Source: a virus (lineage: Duplodnaviria; Caudoviricetes). From it: a stretch of DNA of 59,734 nucleotides. The stretch is from IMG/VR virus record IMGVR_UViG_3300008267_000087, positions 1 through 59,734 of that record. One strand, given 5' to 3'. The notes under the pieces are model-generated. The model was given only the letters and a program-made list of their open reading frames with translations, was not told the origin of the DNA and made no database searches. Shown in pieces: positions 10,464 to 20,543 of the stretch; position 1 is the stretch's first letter, and each line of letters begins with the position of its first letter. The translations under genes were made by a program, and so were the position numbers.

Positions 10464-10802
10464 TCATGCTCTATTACCTCCATTCCAATTTCTTGTTAAT
10501 CTTTCCACTCCTCTAATCACTTCTTCATCCGTTTCAATTATTGTATCACTTGTTAATATATCTAAAAGAGTTTGTTCTGAATTTACTTCTTCATTTGCAA
10601 TATCTCTCATTTGTCTTAATATGTCGGCATCAATTTCCTCCGCAAGTATTCTTGTTAATTCAGCTTCAGCGTCAATCGTATATACGGTATTCAAATTATC
10701 AATCAACTCAGGTCTCCATTGAGCACGTAGTGTTCTAACGATATTTTGAATACCTTCAGATTGAATTGTTATACCATGAAAAAATTTAAACTCTCTAATC
10801 AT
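10464..10802 (-). CDS. FKFF-motif protein carrying a major capsid protein (gp23)-like fragment
   Basis: Start MIREFKFFHG at 10802. RTLRAQWRPELIDNL..YTIDAEAELTRILAEEIDADILRQM resembles the gp23 'RKLKAxWxPELAQDL...DAEAEL..IL..EI..EI' segment. Confidence 0.7.
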   Translation of the reverse strand: MIREFKFFHGITIQSEGIQNIVRTLRAQWRPELIDNLNTVYTIDAEAELTRILAEEIDADILRQMRDIANEEVNSEQTLLDILTSDTIIETDEEVIRGVERLTRNWNGGNRA

Positions 10803-11037
10803 TTTGTCTTTCTCTTGCGAATAATTTAAATACTTTACCATTATCGTTGAATGTCATTTCAGCATTGCTTGTTGGGCTTAAACGAATGTTACAATCATTT
10901 GGACCTGTAGCAAATACAACAGGTTCCTCATCACCAAATTGAAAACAAAACTCAACATTATCCGGTATAAATGTTGGGTAAGGCTGAAGAAAAAGTAACG
11001 TGGGTGTTTCATCACCTTTAAAAAATTTGAAATCCAT
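10795..11037 (-). CDS. FKFF-motif small hypothetical protein
   Basis: Starts MDFKFFKG; overlaps both neighbouring genes. Confidence 0.7.
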   Translation of the reverse strand: MDFKFFKGDETPTLLFLQPYPTFIPDNVEFCFQFGDEEPVVFATGPNDCNIRLSPTSNAEMTFNDNGKVFKLFARERQND

Positions 11038-12302
11038 TACTTAGTTTTATTTATTTTAGGTAGTATTAATTCATTATATGTAGATGGTGGTTTAGGTACA
11101 TCAATGTATGGAGTTAGTATTTTCTTAAACTCATCTTTCATTTTTTCCAATGTAAATTTTTCAGAATTTATTTTTCTTAAAGATTCTGATTTTTTTAAAA
11201 ATGAATCATATTTTTCTCTAACAATTTTAAGTGCTTGACAAGCCTGATTATAATCAACAGTAAACCATTTAGAACCTTTAATTATGAACGAATCAACTGC
11301 ACTTTCATCCACATCGGTTAAATTTCCACCAAGTAAAATGGAATCAGTTATTGATAAGAAATCTTTATGTCCAGACCAATTAGAAGCAACAACTGGTTTT
11401 CCCGTCATTGTAAATTCTAAAAGAGGTCTACCAAATCCCTCACCTTTTGTGAAGGATACCATAGTTTTAATTTTGGGATGATTATATAAATTATTCATTT
11501 CATTGTCAGTAAGCTCACCGAATAAAAGATAAACAGGAGGTGGAGACGGAACATCGGAAACAATATCTTTTATTTTTTTTCTAAACGATTCTCTTTCTTT
11601 AACAGAAAAATTAGCTGATGACGTTTTTAAGACTAATGCAGGTTGGTTAGTTTCATTTTTAAATGTTTCTGCGAAACATCTAATTAACATACCAATATCT
11701 TTTCTATCCTGCCCTAACTTACCTTTCAACCAGTGCCCAACAAAAAGATATGCAAAATCTTCTTTTATGTCTAAATTAAAACCTTCATTAACATTATTGT
11801 TGTATATTGAAGTGTCGGCACCCTCAAAAAGAACGTGAATTTTTTTATCAACTTTATGTTTCTTAATTAATGTATTTGTTTGTTTATCAATTTCATCATA
11901 CATCGTTGAAACTAAAACGTCTCTTGAAAAGTTAGATGTTGTAATCACCATATCCATTCTATTACAACCATCAACCCATTCTTTTGGTGCAACAGTTGTT
12001 TCGATTCCCGCGGTTATCCCGATATTAAATTTACCAAACCTTTGGAATTCACTCGGGATAGTCACCTGAACATAAAAATCTGGTAAACCACTAAAATTAA
12101 CAACTATGTTATCTTCAATCCATTTATGAAATTGATTGTTATTATCTAACGCTGTCATTGGTGTATTCCCCCACATACAACTATCTATTTTTATATCAAA
12201 CATATTCATTTGATATAAAGCTTCTAAAAGATCTCTGGAATGTGCACCATAACCGCTTCTGGTTTTGACTGCACCTCTAAAAAGTAATGTTGGTTTACTC
12301 AT
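11037..12302 (-). CDS. Glycosyltransferase family 4 (GT-B)
   Basis: TRSGYG, LFVGHWL, GEGFGRPLLEF, SNWSGHKDF. Confidence 0.9.
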   Translation of the reverse strand: MSKPTLLFRGAVKTRSGYGAHSRDLLEALYQMNMFDIKIDSCMWGNTPMTALDNNNQFHKWIEDNIVVNFSGLPDFYVQVTIPSEFQRFGKFNIGITAGIETTVAPKEWVDGCNRMDMVITTSNFSRDVLVSTMYDEIDKQTNTLIKKHKVDKKIHVLFEGADTSIYNNNVNEGFNLDIKEDFAYLFVGHWLKGKLGQDRKDIGMLIRCFAETFKNETNQPALVLKTSSANFSVKERESFRKKIKDIVSDVPSPPPVYLLFGELTDNEMNNLYNHPKIKTMVSFTKGEGFGRPLLEFTMTGKPVVASNWSGHKDFLSITDSILLGGNLTDVDESAVDSFIIKGSKWFTVDYNQACQALKIVREKYDSFLKKSESLRKINSEKFTLEKMKDEFKKILTPYIDVPKPPSTYNELILPKINKTK

Positions 12303-13669
12303 ATTATTTTGTATAAATTATATTTTTCTCTTGGTTTAAAATTATTTAATGCACTTTCAATTCCATTAATCATTTTATGACACATAACACCAGAAGATAC
12401 ATTATCAATCGCCCACTCTCTACCTTTCAACCCTCTTGCTTTTCTTTCTTCCTTAGTCCAATTATACACTTTTAAAATTGCATCTGCAACTTCATTGTCA
12501 TTTACTCTGTCGTCAAAAATATAAGGAGTTAATGGTGAACCATTTATATTAATTGCAGCAGGCCATACAGGTACAACCCAATCACCATGTGGCGTTTCTT
12601 TTTTATCATGCAACGAACCAAACCTTATGTAATCTTTTTCAGCAAAGTCAAATCCACATTGATCTTGTAAGCCACCAGTTACGTTAACTATAATAGGGGT
12701 TCCTGCCATAATACTTTCTGCCGTAGTTAAACCAAACCCTTCGTTACTTGCGATGTTAATAGTACAATCAACCAAATTATAAAATTCATTTAAAGTTTCT
12801 TGTTCCATTTTGTTATTTAAAAATAATACATCATAGTCAGGACAAATTTTATTTACAACAGCATATAAGTCAGTACCATTCTCATCAATAGGTTGTGTTT
12901 TCATTAACAGCAAGCATTTTGAAGATTTTTCTTTAGGTAGTTTGTCGCAAAATAATTTATATGACATAACCACATCAGATGTTTGTTTTCTCCTAATGTT
13001 TCTGTTATTATAAAAAAGAACAAAATCAACATCCATTTTATTTTTATAAATAAAATCTTTAGTTTCTTGTGAAATTTCATCAATAGGTTTGAATACACTC
13101 GGATTTATTCCGTGAGGAACATAACTAATTTGCCAATCTTCTAATGGTTTACGAACACCATCTTCCATTTTACCAACACGGTTAACAATACCATATGTTA
13201 ATTTAGATATACAACCTAACCAATCACAACTTTCATAATAATCTTTGTTGTACATAGGCTCAGGTAAATTATCCCATATATGGTAGTATAAAATTGGAAC
13301 GTGCTGTCTAATTTCATGTTCAGCATCATATAACCATTGCCAATAATGTGGATCGGTAAAATGTAAAATAGCATCAATTTTTTCTTCCTTAATCATTTTT
13401 CTGATAATACCAATATCACCATAGCTATTGTAAGGAATTATTTTTAAATTAGCATCTTTTATACCGGTTCTTTTTCTCACATCATCATTAATATCAACCA
13501 CCTTTCCTAATTCTAAATGATTCGGTGCAGCACCAATTTGAATCCAATCGTATTTGTGTAGTGTACCAATAACAAATTCTTTAGACATCGTAGCAATCCC
13601 GCTTGTAGTTCTTAAATCATCAGAAAGTAATAATATTTTCTTTTTCAATCTTTTAATATTTTGAGCCAC
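12299..13669 (-). CDS. Glycosyltransferase family 4 (GT-B)
   Basis: VPHGI, NNRNIRRK, NEGFGLTTAESIMAGTP, TGGLQDQ. Confidence 0.9.
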   Translation of the reverse strand: MAQNIKRLKKKILLLSDDLRTTSGIATMSKEFVIGTLHKYDWIQIGAAPNHLELGKVVDINDDVRKRTGIKDANLKIIPYNSYGDIGIIRKMIKEEKIDAILHFTDPHYWQWLYDAEHEIRQHVPILYYHIWDNLPEPMYNKDYYESCDWLGCISKLTYGIVNRVGKMEDGVRKPLEDWQISYVPHGINPSVFKPIDEISQETKDFIYKNKMDVDFVLFYNNRNIRRKQTSDVVMSYKLFCDKLPKEKSSKCLLLMKTQPIDENGTDLYAVVNKICPDYDVLFLNNKMEQETLNEFYNLVDCTINIASNEGFGLTTAESIMAGTPIIVNVTGGLQDQCGFDFAEKDYIRFGSLHDKKETPHGDWVVPVWPAAININGSPLTPYIFDDRVNDNEVADAILKVYNWTKEERKARGLKGREWAIDNVSSGVMCHKMINGIESALNNFKPREKYNLYKII

Positions 13670-13850
13670 TAACCGATAATTCAGTATAGTTGTTTATTTT
13701 TTCTCTAAAAACTTCATCTTTAATGTATAAGTCTATAGATCTGTTAACTAATTTTTGTAAATTAATGTTTCCATCAATCGCAGTAACTTTGAATTTTTTA
13801 TACACATCACCCAATAAATTGACGCTTGTGAGTTTTCTTTCTATTTTCAT
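13653..13850 (-). CDS. Small ribbon-helix-helix-like DNA-binding protein (putative)
   Basis: KLTSVNL strand followed by two predicted helices; first gene of the GT operon. Confidence 0.5.
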   Translation of the reverse strand: MKIERKLTSVNLLGDVYKKFKVTAIDGNINLQKLVNRSIDLYIKDEVFREKINNYTELSVSGSKY

Positions 13851-13931
13851 ATTTTATTATATATATTTTTATATACGGATTATTTAAAAAAATATCGTTA
13901 GTATTAACGATATCTTAATTTATCACGTATA

Positions 13932-14060
13932 TTATTGATTATTCGTTTGCGCCGGCGGTTGGGTAACTGTTGGGGTTTGTACTTCGGTTAATCTTATGTT
14001 TGAAGGTGGCGGTTGTACCGGTTGCTCCACTGTTTTATTTTTTTTACATCCACATGCCAT
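13932..14060 (-). CDS. 42-aa peptide MACGCKKNK... (not in ORF track)
   Basis: Read by hand; N-terminal CGC then Pro/Gln-rich; TATTTATA 14 nt upstream. Confidence 0.6.
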   Translation of the reverse strand: MACGCKKNKTVEQPVQPPPSNIRLTEVQTPTVTQPPAQTNNQ

Positions 14061-14144
14061 AGTAATAGTTTTTTATAAATATTTTGGTTTATTGATTTTT
14101 ATTTCTTATATTTTATAATATACAAAAAAAATATATAAAGTCAA

Positions 14145-14981
14145 ATGGAAATTAACAAAATTTACAACGGAGATTGTTTAGAGTTATTCAAAGAATTAGA
14201 AAATAACATGGTGGATTTAGTAGTGACATCCCCACCATATAATGTTGGTATTGATTATGATGTCCATGTTGACAATGTACCGATGGATGAGTACTTTGTA
14301 TGGGTAAAAACTTGGTTAACGGAAGTTTATCGTACTTTAAAAGACGATGGTAGAATAGCAATTAACATACCATATGAGGTAAACGTTAGAGATAGAGGTG
14401 GACGTGTGTTTATGGTGTCCGAGTATTGGCAAATTATGAAAGAAATTGGCTTTGGTTTCTTCGGTGTTGTGGATTTAGAAGAAGCGTCGCCACATAGACA
14501 TAAAACAACAGCATGGGGCTCTTGGATGTCCCCATCGGCGCCTTACATCTACAATCCAAAAGAGGCTGTCATATTAGCTTATAAGAAGGATTATATTAAA
14601 AAGGTTAAAGGTGTGCCAGAATGGGCTTATAGTGATGTTGAGATTGAAAATGAGGATGGTACGAAGAAAATGAAGAGAATGTACGACGATCAAGATAAAA
14701 CTGAATTTATGGAGCTTGTATTCGGTCAGTGGAAGTACTTTGCAGATACTAAGTCATTAACTAAAGCAACCTTCTCAATGGACATCCCAATGAAAGCAAT
14801 TAAGATTTTAAGTTATAAAGGAGATATTATATTGGATCCGTTCTCAGGTTCAGGAACTACAGCGTTGGCTGCCAAGAGGTTAGAGAGAAATTATATAGGA
14901 TTTGAACTATCGGAAAAATATGCCAATATCTCTAAACACCGCGTGGGGTTACAGGATTCTGTGGAGATCCCAAGTACATAG
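14145..14981 (+). CDS. Site-specific DNA methyltransferase (N4-cytosine/N6-adenine, beta class)
   Basis: GDCLE, VTSPPYN catalytic motif preceding the LDPFSGSGTT SAM-binding motif. Confidence 0.92.
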   Translation: MEINKIYNGDCLELFKELENNMVDLVVTSPPYNVGIDYDVHVDNVPMDEYFVWVKTWLTEVYRTLKDDGRIAINIPYEVNVRDRGGRVFMVSEYWQIMKEIGFGFFGVVDLEEASPHRHKTTAWGSWMSPSAPYIYNPKEAVILAYKKDYIKKVKGVPEWAYSDVEIENEDGTKKMKRMYDDQDKTEFMELVFGQWKYFADTKSLTKATFSMDIPMKAIKILSYKGDIILDPFSGSGTTALAAKRLERNYIGFELSEKYANISKHRVGLQDSVEIPST

Positions 14982-15306
14982 CAACTCTATCACCTGTCTT
15001 CCATCCACCACAAGTACCCGCAGGAAATTCGATAACATGATCACCAATTCCAGTGTATTTCGGTGGGTTCATGCGATGCGAATCTTCAACCTGACAATTT
15101 TGGTGTATATGACTTATTCTATTGTTTAATACGAATATAATATCCAAAGGGATTAGGCAATTTTTCATCCAAAAGGAATGGTGTCCTTTACCCATTTTAA
15201 AAACCATACAGCCGTCCAATTCTTCCCTACCCATCATACCGGTTTCAATATCTTTCGGTGTGGAAAGGTATTCTGCGGGAAATAATTTACCATTAATATG
15301 TACCAT
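14932..15306 (-). CDS. DUF192 family protein
   Basis: GMMGR, FWMKNCLIPLDIIF, VIEFPAG. Start placed at MVHING. Confidence 0.85.
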   Translation of the reverse strand: MVHINGKLFPAEYLSTPKDIETGMMGREELDGCMVFKMGKGHHSFWMKNCLIPLDIIFVLNNRISHIHQNCQVEDSHRMNPPKYTGIGDHVIEFPAGTCGGWKTGDRVAMYLGSPQNPVTPRGV

Positions 15307-15537
15307 ATCTATAACTATTTGGTATTTTAATATTTTTTCTCTATATTTTATATAAATCAAAGTTATGCAAATAAAAATAAAAGAAATCTGTTATATTATG
15401 ATGATAATAACAGGGATAATGATTGAAAAATATGGCTTACAAACCAATAACCCACATTTAGAACAGATGTTTGGGTGGGGGGCTATAAGTTTAGGAAGTA
15501 TTAATTTAGTTATGAGTTATTTCAATTCACCAAAAAA

Positions 15538-15741
15538 ATGAGTAAAAAAATATACGATAAGGATTTTTTTATAATAAAAAAGAAACACCATTGGTTCATT
15601 ATTCCAACAGTTGTTTTTTTCTATAACAAAGAGACATTTTTGGAAACGGGCGTTTATACGCCATCTTGGGGGCTAACAATAAGATGGTTAACATACATGA
15701 TTGGAATACAAATACAAGAAGGATATGAAACTAATAAATAA
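15538..15741 (+). CDS. Hypothetical protein
   Basis: ORF in a co-oriented run. Confidence 0.55.
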   Translation: MSKKIYDKDFFIIKKKHHWFIIPTVVFFYNKETFLETGVYTPSWGLTIRWLTYMIGIQIQEGYETNK

Positions 15742-15952
15742 AATCTTCAGAAGCATTGTGAGGTTATTCATAAGAAAACCTAAGGAAAGTTTAAATTGGA
15801 CGGCAAGCGATTTTAAAAAAGCTAAGAGGTATTGTAAATACGAAAATCATCCTGTTTCAAAGGATTTAACCTTGTGGGATTATATCCATAATGAACAGGA
15901 TGATTCTGTGTGGACGATACATAAATTAAACGTCCATTTGGGTTTACGTTAA
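15701..15952 (+). CDS. Hypothetical protein (likely start 15725)
   Basis: ORF in a co-oriented run. Confidence 0.55.
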   Translation: MEYKYKKDMKLINKIFRSIVRLFIRKPKESLNWTASDFKKAKRYCKYENHPVSKDLTLWDYIHNEQDDSVWTIHKLNVHLGLR

Positions 15953-16086
15953 CGACCTTGTCCGCGATAGTTCTTTTCGGTTCTATCGTGTTTGTTATGG
16001 GTTTTAGACGAACTACCTCTTTTTCTTTTACCAAAGCTGATTTTATTACCAGCATTTTTAGCTCCTTTACCTACTGCTTTTGCCAT
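15949..16086 (-). CDS. 45-aa basic peptide ending YRGQGR (not in ORF track)
   Basis: MAKAVGKGAKNAGNKISFGKRKRG...KNYRGQGR read by hand; C-terminal YRGQG seen in small T4-like phage proteins; TACTTATA upstream. Confidence 0.7.
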   Translation of the reverse strand: MAKAVGKGAKNAGNKISFGKRKRGSSSKTHNKHDRTEKNYRGQGR

Positions 16087-16128
16087 ATAATTTATTTTAT
16101 TATAAGTACATAGAAATAACATTTTAGC

Positions 16129-17967
16129 ATGGAAATATTACTACACCAACGATATTCTTACGCAAGGATTACCCCATTTAAGAACTATTCCAAATTCCCA
16201 AGGGTGATTTCGCCTTATAACGGTTTAAATAATCAGGTAACTTATGAAGATAGGGGTGGATTTGTCACTGAATATTATGATGGGGATGGTGGGATTCCTA
16301 TGTCATTAATTCCCGATGAAATTAAAAAGAGAAAAACAAAATACTTTTATTGGGATGATGAGTATAAAAATGTACCAATTATTAGATATGCATCCACCCA
16401 TAAATTAAACGGAACACCAGGGGAATTTTACACAACTAAGGATAGACATATTAAGAGACACTACAAGGAACCGTTTAGCGACATATTAGTTGTTATTCTT
16501 GAGAGGACAATTACAAGAAAGGGAGATAAGGTGACTATAAAAACAAATAAATTTATAAAATCTAGAGGGTTTAACTGTAAGTATTTTAGATCAAATAAAT
16601 ACGCAACATCAGTTACTTTTGATATGGCAAAAGGGGATTTTTTATTAGTTGACACCGGTAGAAAAGGTAAAACTAAAAGTTGCCCTAGATTTAGAAAGAA
16701 CGGGTTTCAACAACTTCGCAATTTTATTGAGAGCAGCGATGGACCATTTAAGTTTTTACAAAATCATTTATCTAAAAATAACCCACTTTATAATGAATTA
16801 AAAAATAACATTAAAGATAAAGAATTTAATCAAGTTTTAAGTAAGGTATTTAACATTAAATTTCCAACAGATGGTTTGTTATTTAAAACCATGTTTTATG
16901 ACGAGATTATGAGGTGGTTTATTGAAAGAAAAAAAATAAAAATACCTAACGACTACAAAAGATTGTTAGAACATTATTACCCAACAGAAAAGTACTTAAA
17001 GAAAAATGATAGAAAATTAGTTGCTTCGATATTGGATGTTTTTCAAATAAAATCTAAAGTGACTATTAAACTAGTACATGAGAAACCTAATATTGATTTA
17101 AGTTCTTTATATATGTTATGTTATCTGTTTGGCGATAACTATCAAAAATACATTGGTTCAATAAATAAAGATTTATTTGGTACAACATCTGATATGGGGC
17201 ATTTGTTAGGTGCATCATCATTAAAAAATATGGAAAATATTTCCAATAAATTAAAAAATCACGGTTGGGATTTAACAGATACGGAAAAAGAAAATTTATT
17301 ATCAGTGTTAACAAGTGAAGCGGAAAGAGGGGTATCTGTTAACGAAAACTTTATCAGTTTAGTTAATGATCATTTTGTAATGTTAGATAAAATTAGAGAG
17401 TATGATCCCAACATTAGAATGAGAGCAAATAATAGAATTAAGTTTCATACTGAACATAACGAGTTGTCTACAATAATATCGGCAATTAAAAAAGGATGGG
17501 TAATGCAATATTTTTATCCAGAGAAAACAATAAAGGAAATTGAAGAACCAATTGAAATTGAGGGAATAGAAAAAATAATTCCACATGTGCTGACAAGAGA
17601 GGAGGAATATATTGAAGAAGGAAAGTTCATGCATCATTGCGTGGCGTCCTATGCAGAAAAAGATACATCAATGATAGTTTCATTAAGGACTGAAGATAAA
17701 ATAGAAAGAGTCACATGCGAATTTAAAATTCAAAATGGTAACTTAGTTCAGTCTAGATATTTTTCAAATGCACAACCGCCACCAAATTTCGTTGATGCAA
17801 TTGATTACGTAAGTCACATCATAAGAACGCATGCAAGGTTTGGAACATTAAATTGGAATAAAAAAGAAAAGGTACCAATTAAAATAAATGGAATAGAAAT
17901 ACCACCAGAAAAAAGAGAACCAGTAAAATTTTTAGGGTTTGACTTCAACGACGGACTTCAATTTTAA
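16129..17967 (+). CDS. PcfJ-domain protein
   Basis: C-terminal EEGKFMHHCVASY...SLR...RVTCE...VQSR..SN. Confidence 0.75.
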   Translation: MEILLHQRYSYARITPFKNYSKFPRVISPYNGLNNQVTYEDRGGFVTEYYDGDGGIPMSLIPDEIKKRKTKYFYWDDEYKNVPIIRYASTHKLNGTPGEFYTTKDRHIKRHYKEPFSDILVVILERTITRKGDKVTIKTNKFIKSRGFNCKYFRSNKYATSVTFDMAKGDFLLVDTGRKGKTKSCPRFRKNGFQQLRNFIESSDGPFKFLQNHLSKNNPLYNELKNNIKDKEFNQVLSKVFNIKFPTDGLLFKTMFYDEIMRWFIERKKIKIPNDYKRLLEHYYPTEKYLKKNDRKLVASILDVFQIKSKVTIKLVHEKPNIDLSSLYMLCYLFGDNYQKYIGSINKDLFGTTSDMGHLLGASSLKNMENISNKLKNHGWDLTDTEKENLLSVLTSEAERGVSVNENFISLVNDHFVMLDKIREYDPNIRMRANNRIKFHTEHNELSTIISAIKKGWVMQYFYPEKTIKEIEEPIEIEGIEKIIPHVLTREEEYIEEGKFMHHCVASYAEKDTSMIVSLRTEDKIERVTCEFKIQNGNLVQSRYFSNAQPPPNFVDAIDYVSHIIRTHARFGTLNWNKKEKVPIKINGIEIPPEKREPVKFLGFDFNDGLQF

Positions 17968-18003
17968 CTACACATTTCAATTAAATCCATATATATTTTA
18001 TAT

Positions 18004-19404
18004 ATGGATTTATTATTTAGTTACCATCAACAAAAAAAAGATAGGAATAGAAAAATTGAGGACAATGTAGCCCAGTGTTTACTTCGACTATATATCGATA
18101 ACGATAATATTTGTTATGAGGGAATGTTTGATTTTGATTATGACAGGTATGGTTCAAAAATACACGTCACCTTTGAGCATGGCTTGTCTATCGACACCAT
18201 AACTGGTGACATTTCTACATCTTATAAAATATCTAACACCGGTTTACCGAAAGAAAAAGCATATAAAAATGTTATAAAGAAAAAGAAAAATGATTTTAAA
18301 CTTGTTTTTGATTTAGTTGAAAATGGAATTGCAAGAGGTGAAAAGAGAAAAGGGTTTTGGGGTGTTAAATATGACAGAGCCGTTAATACAATTGTCAATT
18401 ATTTGGTAGAGTACTTACAGCCAAAATTAACATCAAATCATTTTATAGGTAAAAATTACATGTCAAACCATTTTTACAATTCAATATACGATATTATTGT
18501 TGACTTTCATTTAGATATGAAAGGTATTAAAGCTCATGATAATATCTACTACGATATTCAAAATGAATACCCAAAGAAAAAGTGGTTAGAAAAAAATGAT
18601 TACAAATACCTACCTGCAATTTTAGATTCGTATGCTATTAAATCAAAATATTTAATAGCCATTTTAAATAAGTCTAATGTTAATGTTTCAATATCTGCTT
18701 TAAATTATATATGTAAATTATTTGGGAGCAATTATGTTGAGTATCTGAAAAAAATAAATTGGGAAACCCATTGTTATGAGGTACCACCAAATAAAAAAAC
18801 ACATGAATTAAGAAATGAATCCGAAAAAGACTTTATGATTAATGTGATTAACACATGGGAAAAAGATTCATTAAGAACGGACTCGTTAATTTATAGCGTA
18901 AATAAACTATTAACAATTAGAGAGCAATTAGAAAGTAGAGGGTTGAATTTAAAATTTAAAGCTAAAAATGATTTTGAATTTGATAATTTATTAGATTCAT
19001 GGCAAGGATTGAAATTGTATTTCGGAAGAGGATATAGAGTTAGATATGTCATTCCAGATGAAATAAGAGATGAAATTGAAAAAGATATTATAATTGATGA
19101 CTTAATATTCAAACCAAAATTAATTTTAAGTGAAGATGAATTTCGAATTGAGGGGTATCTTATGAAAAATTGCATGGCTAAACAATTTTTACATGGCTCA
19201 ATATATCTCTTTGTTTCATTACAGCACAAAAGAAAAAGAATAAATTTACAATACAGAAAAGGTAACTTAGTACAATCGTATGGTAAAGCAAATACTGCCG
19301 TTATGCCACTTTTTGAATCGGCAACAAACACTCTAACAAGTAGGTTTAAAAAACATACAAATATACATTGGAATAAAGAAAAATACGACTTCATATGTAA
19401 TTGA
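18004..19404 (+). CDS. PcfJ-domain protein (tandem paralogue)
   Basis: IEGYLMKNCMA...VQSYGKAN; shares YP..K.L.KND.K...ILD...IKSK with the upstream gene. Confidence 0.7.
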   Translation: MDLLFSYHQQKKDRNRKIEDNVAQCLLRLYIDNDNICYEGMFDFDYDRYGSKIHVTFEHGLSIDTITGDISTSYKISNTGLPKEKAYKNVIKKKKNDFKLVFDLVENGIARGEKRKGFWGVKYDRAVNTIVNYLVEYLQPKLTSNHFIGKNYMSNHFYNSIYDIIVDFHLDMKGIKAHDNIYYDIQNEYPKKKWLEKNDYKYLPAILDSYAIKSKYLIAILNKSNVNVSISALNYICKLFGSNYVEYLKKINWETHCYEVPPNKKTHELRNESEKDFMINVINTWEKDSLRTDSLIYSVNKLLTIREQLESRGLNLKFKAKNDFEFDNLLDSWQGLKLYFGRGYRVRYVIPDEIRDEIEKDIIIDDLIFKPKLILSEDEFRIEGYLMKNCMAKQFLHGSIYLFVSLQHKRKRINLQYRKGNLVQSYGKANTAVMPLFESATNTLTSRFKKHTNIHWNKEKYDFICN

Positions 19405-19483
19405 TTATCAATACCATAAATTTTTTTTGGGTTTTATTTTTTAATACCAAAATATTTTTTTACATTTGTATAAATTGTTTAAT

Positions 19484-19648
19484 ATGCAAGAAAAAGAATC
19501 AAAAACAAACACACACTTTTGGATTAGTTTAGTCAAATCATTTTTTAGAATTTGTGCGGGCGTTGCTTTAGTCGATGGAAATTTTTTGTACGCGGGTGGT
19601 TTATTAATCATAGCTGAAGCTCTTGGTATTGCTGAAGAAATATTTTAA
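19484..19648 (+). CDS. Small membrane protein
   Basis: [11 protein letters not shown]...AEALGIAEE; two hydrophobic segments. Confidence 0.65.
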   Translation: MQEKESKTNTHFWISLVKSFFRICAGVALVDGNFLYAGGLLIIAEALGIAEEIF

Positions 19649-19650
19649 CT

Positions 19651-19965
19651 ATGAATCACATTTTAATCACGGCGTTTGCCAATAAAATTTACTACGAAAA
19701 CATGAAGGCGTTTAAAGACATTGAATTTAAAACAAACCCAATGGGTGAAGAATTCGGAATTACAAGTAGAACAAAATTTAAAAATGGGTATGAAGCATCT
19801 GTAGTTAAAAGCGAATATTCGTATGGTGGTAGAGATGGTTTATATGAATTAGCTGTTTTCAAAGATGGTGAAATAACATATGACACACCTATTACTGATG
19901 ACGTACTTGGTTATTTAACAGAAGAAGAGGTAAGTGAAACATTTATTAAAATTCAAGAATTATAA
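19651..19965 (+). CDS. Hypothetical phage protein
   Basis: [22 protein letters not shown] motif resembles a recurrent phage protein. Confidence 0.7.
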   Translation: MNHILITAFANKIYYENMKAFKDIEFKTNPMGEEFGITSRTKFKNGYEASVVKSEYSYGGRDGLYELAVFKDGEITYDTPITDDVLGYLTEEEVSETFIKIQEL

Positions 19966-19966
19966 A

Positions 19967-20260
19967 ATGAAAAACGAAACATTATTAAGAGGCGGAGTGG
20001 CTATGTCACTTTTAACTTGTACAATATTAATGTTTTTCTTAGCTGAAAGTCAAAGAAAATTAGATGAAAGTCAAACAACATTAAAGTTAACACAAGACGC
20101 ATTATCCACAGTAAGAAATAGATCCGATAGTTTATATGAGGAGAATTTTATTAAAAGTGTTGAATTGGGTAGAGATGAGTTGACGTGGGAATATGTTAAA
20201 GAAAAATTTCCTAATGTATATAATGACGCAATGAAATATAAATCACATGAAACAGAATAA
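19967..20260 (+). CDS. Hypothetical protein with N-terminal TM helix and coiled coil
   Basis: Hydrophobic N-terminus; start placed at MKNETL. Confidence 0.6.
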   Translation: MKNETLLRGGVAMSLLTCTILMFFLAESQRKLDESQTTLKLTQDALSTVRNRSDSLYEENFIKSVELGRDELTWEYVKEKFPNVYNDAMKYKSHETE

Positions 20261-20543
20261 AGAACACGAAATATATTTAGGTGCGGGTAATAATATGTCA
20301 ATGAAATCATCAAGATTAGTTAGCACATATCAAACACTTTACCTAACAACACCTGAAGACGGAACGATATCAATGAACATTAAAATTGAAGCAGATTTTG
20401 ACACCATTCCCGAAGCGTACCAAGAAGTATTTATGAATATGATATCAGTAAAATACCTAAACAGGGTTTCATTTGGTGATAATCCATTCTCACAATGTTT
20501 ACCGGCACCTAAAAAACGTTGGTGGCAATTTTGGAAAAATTAA
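20247..20543 (+). CDS. Hypothetical protein
   Basis: Ends in the amphipathic KKRWWQFWK motif. Confidence 0.65.
   Translation: MKQNKEHEIYLGAGNNMSMKSSRLVSTYQTLYLTTPEDGTISMNIKIEADFDTIPEAYQEVFMNMISVKYLNRVSFGDNPFSQCLPAPKKRWWQFWKN

Noticed and set aside
2114-13669. Bacterial LPS/capsule locus (host chromosome)
   Set aside because: No wzx/wzy/ABC export genes; flanked by tail-fibre and phage-type genes and interrupted by FKFF-tagged phage ORFs.
14145-14981. Restriction-modification system
   Set aside because: No adjacent endonuclease; an orphan phage methyltransferase is ordinary.
18891-19394. 167-aa antisense ORF and other ORFs opposite recognised genes
   Set aside because: They lie wholly antisense to well-supported genes and have no motifs of their own; typical shadow ORFs.
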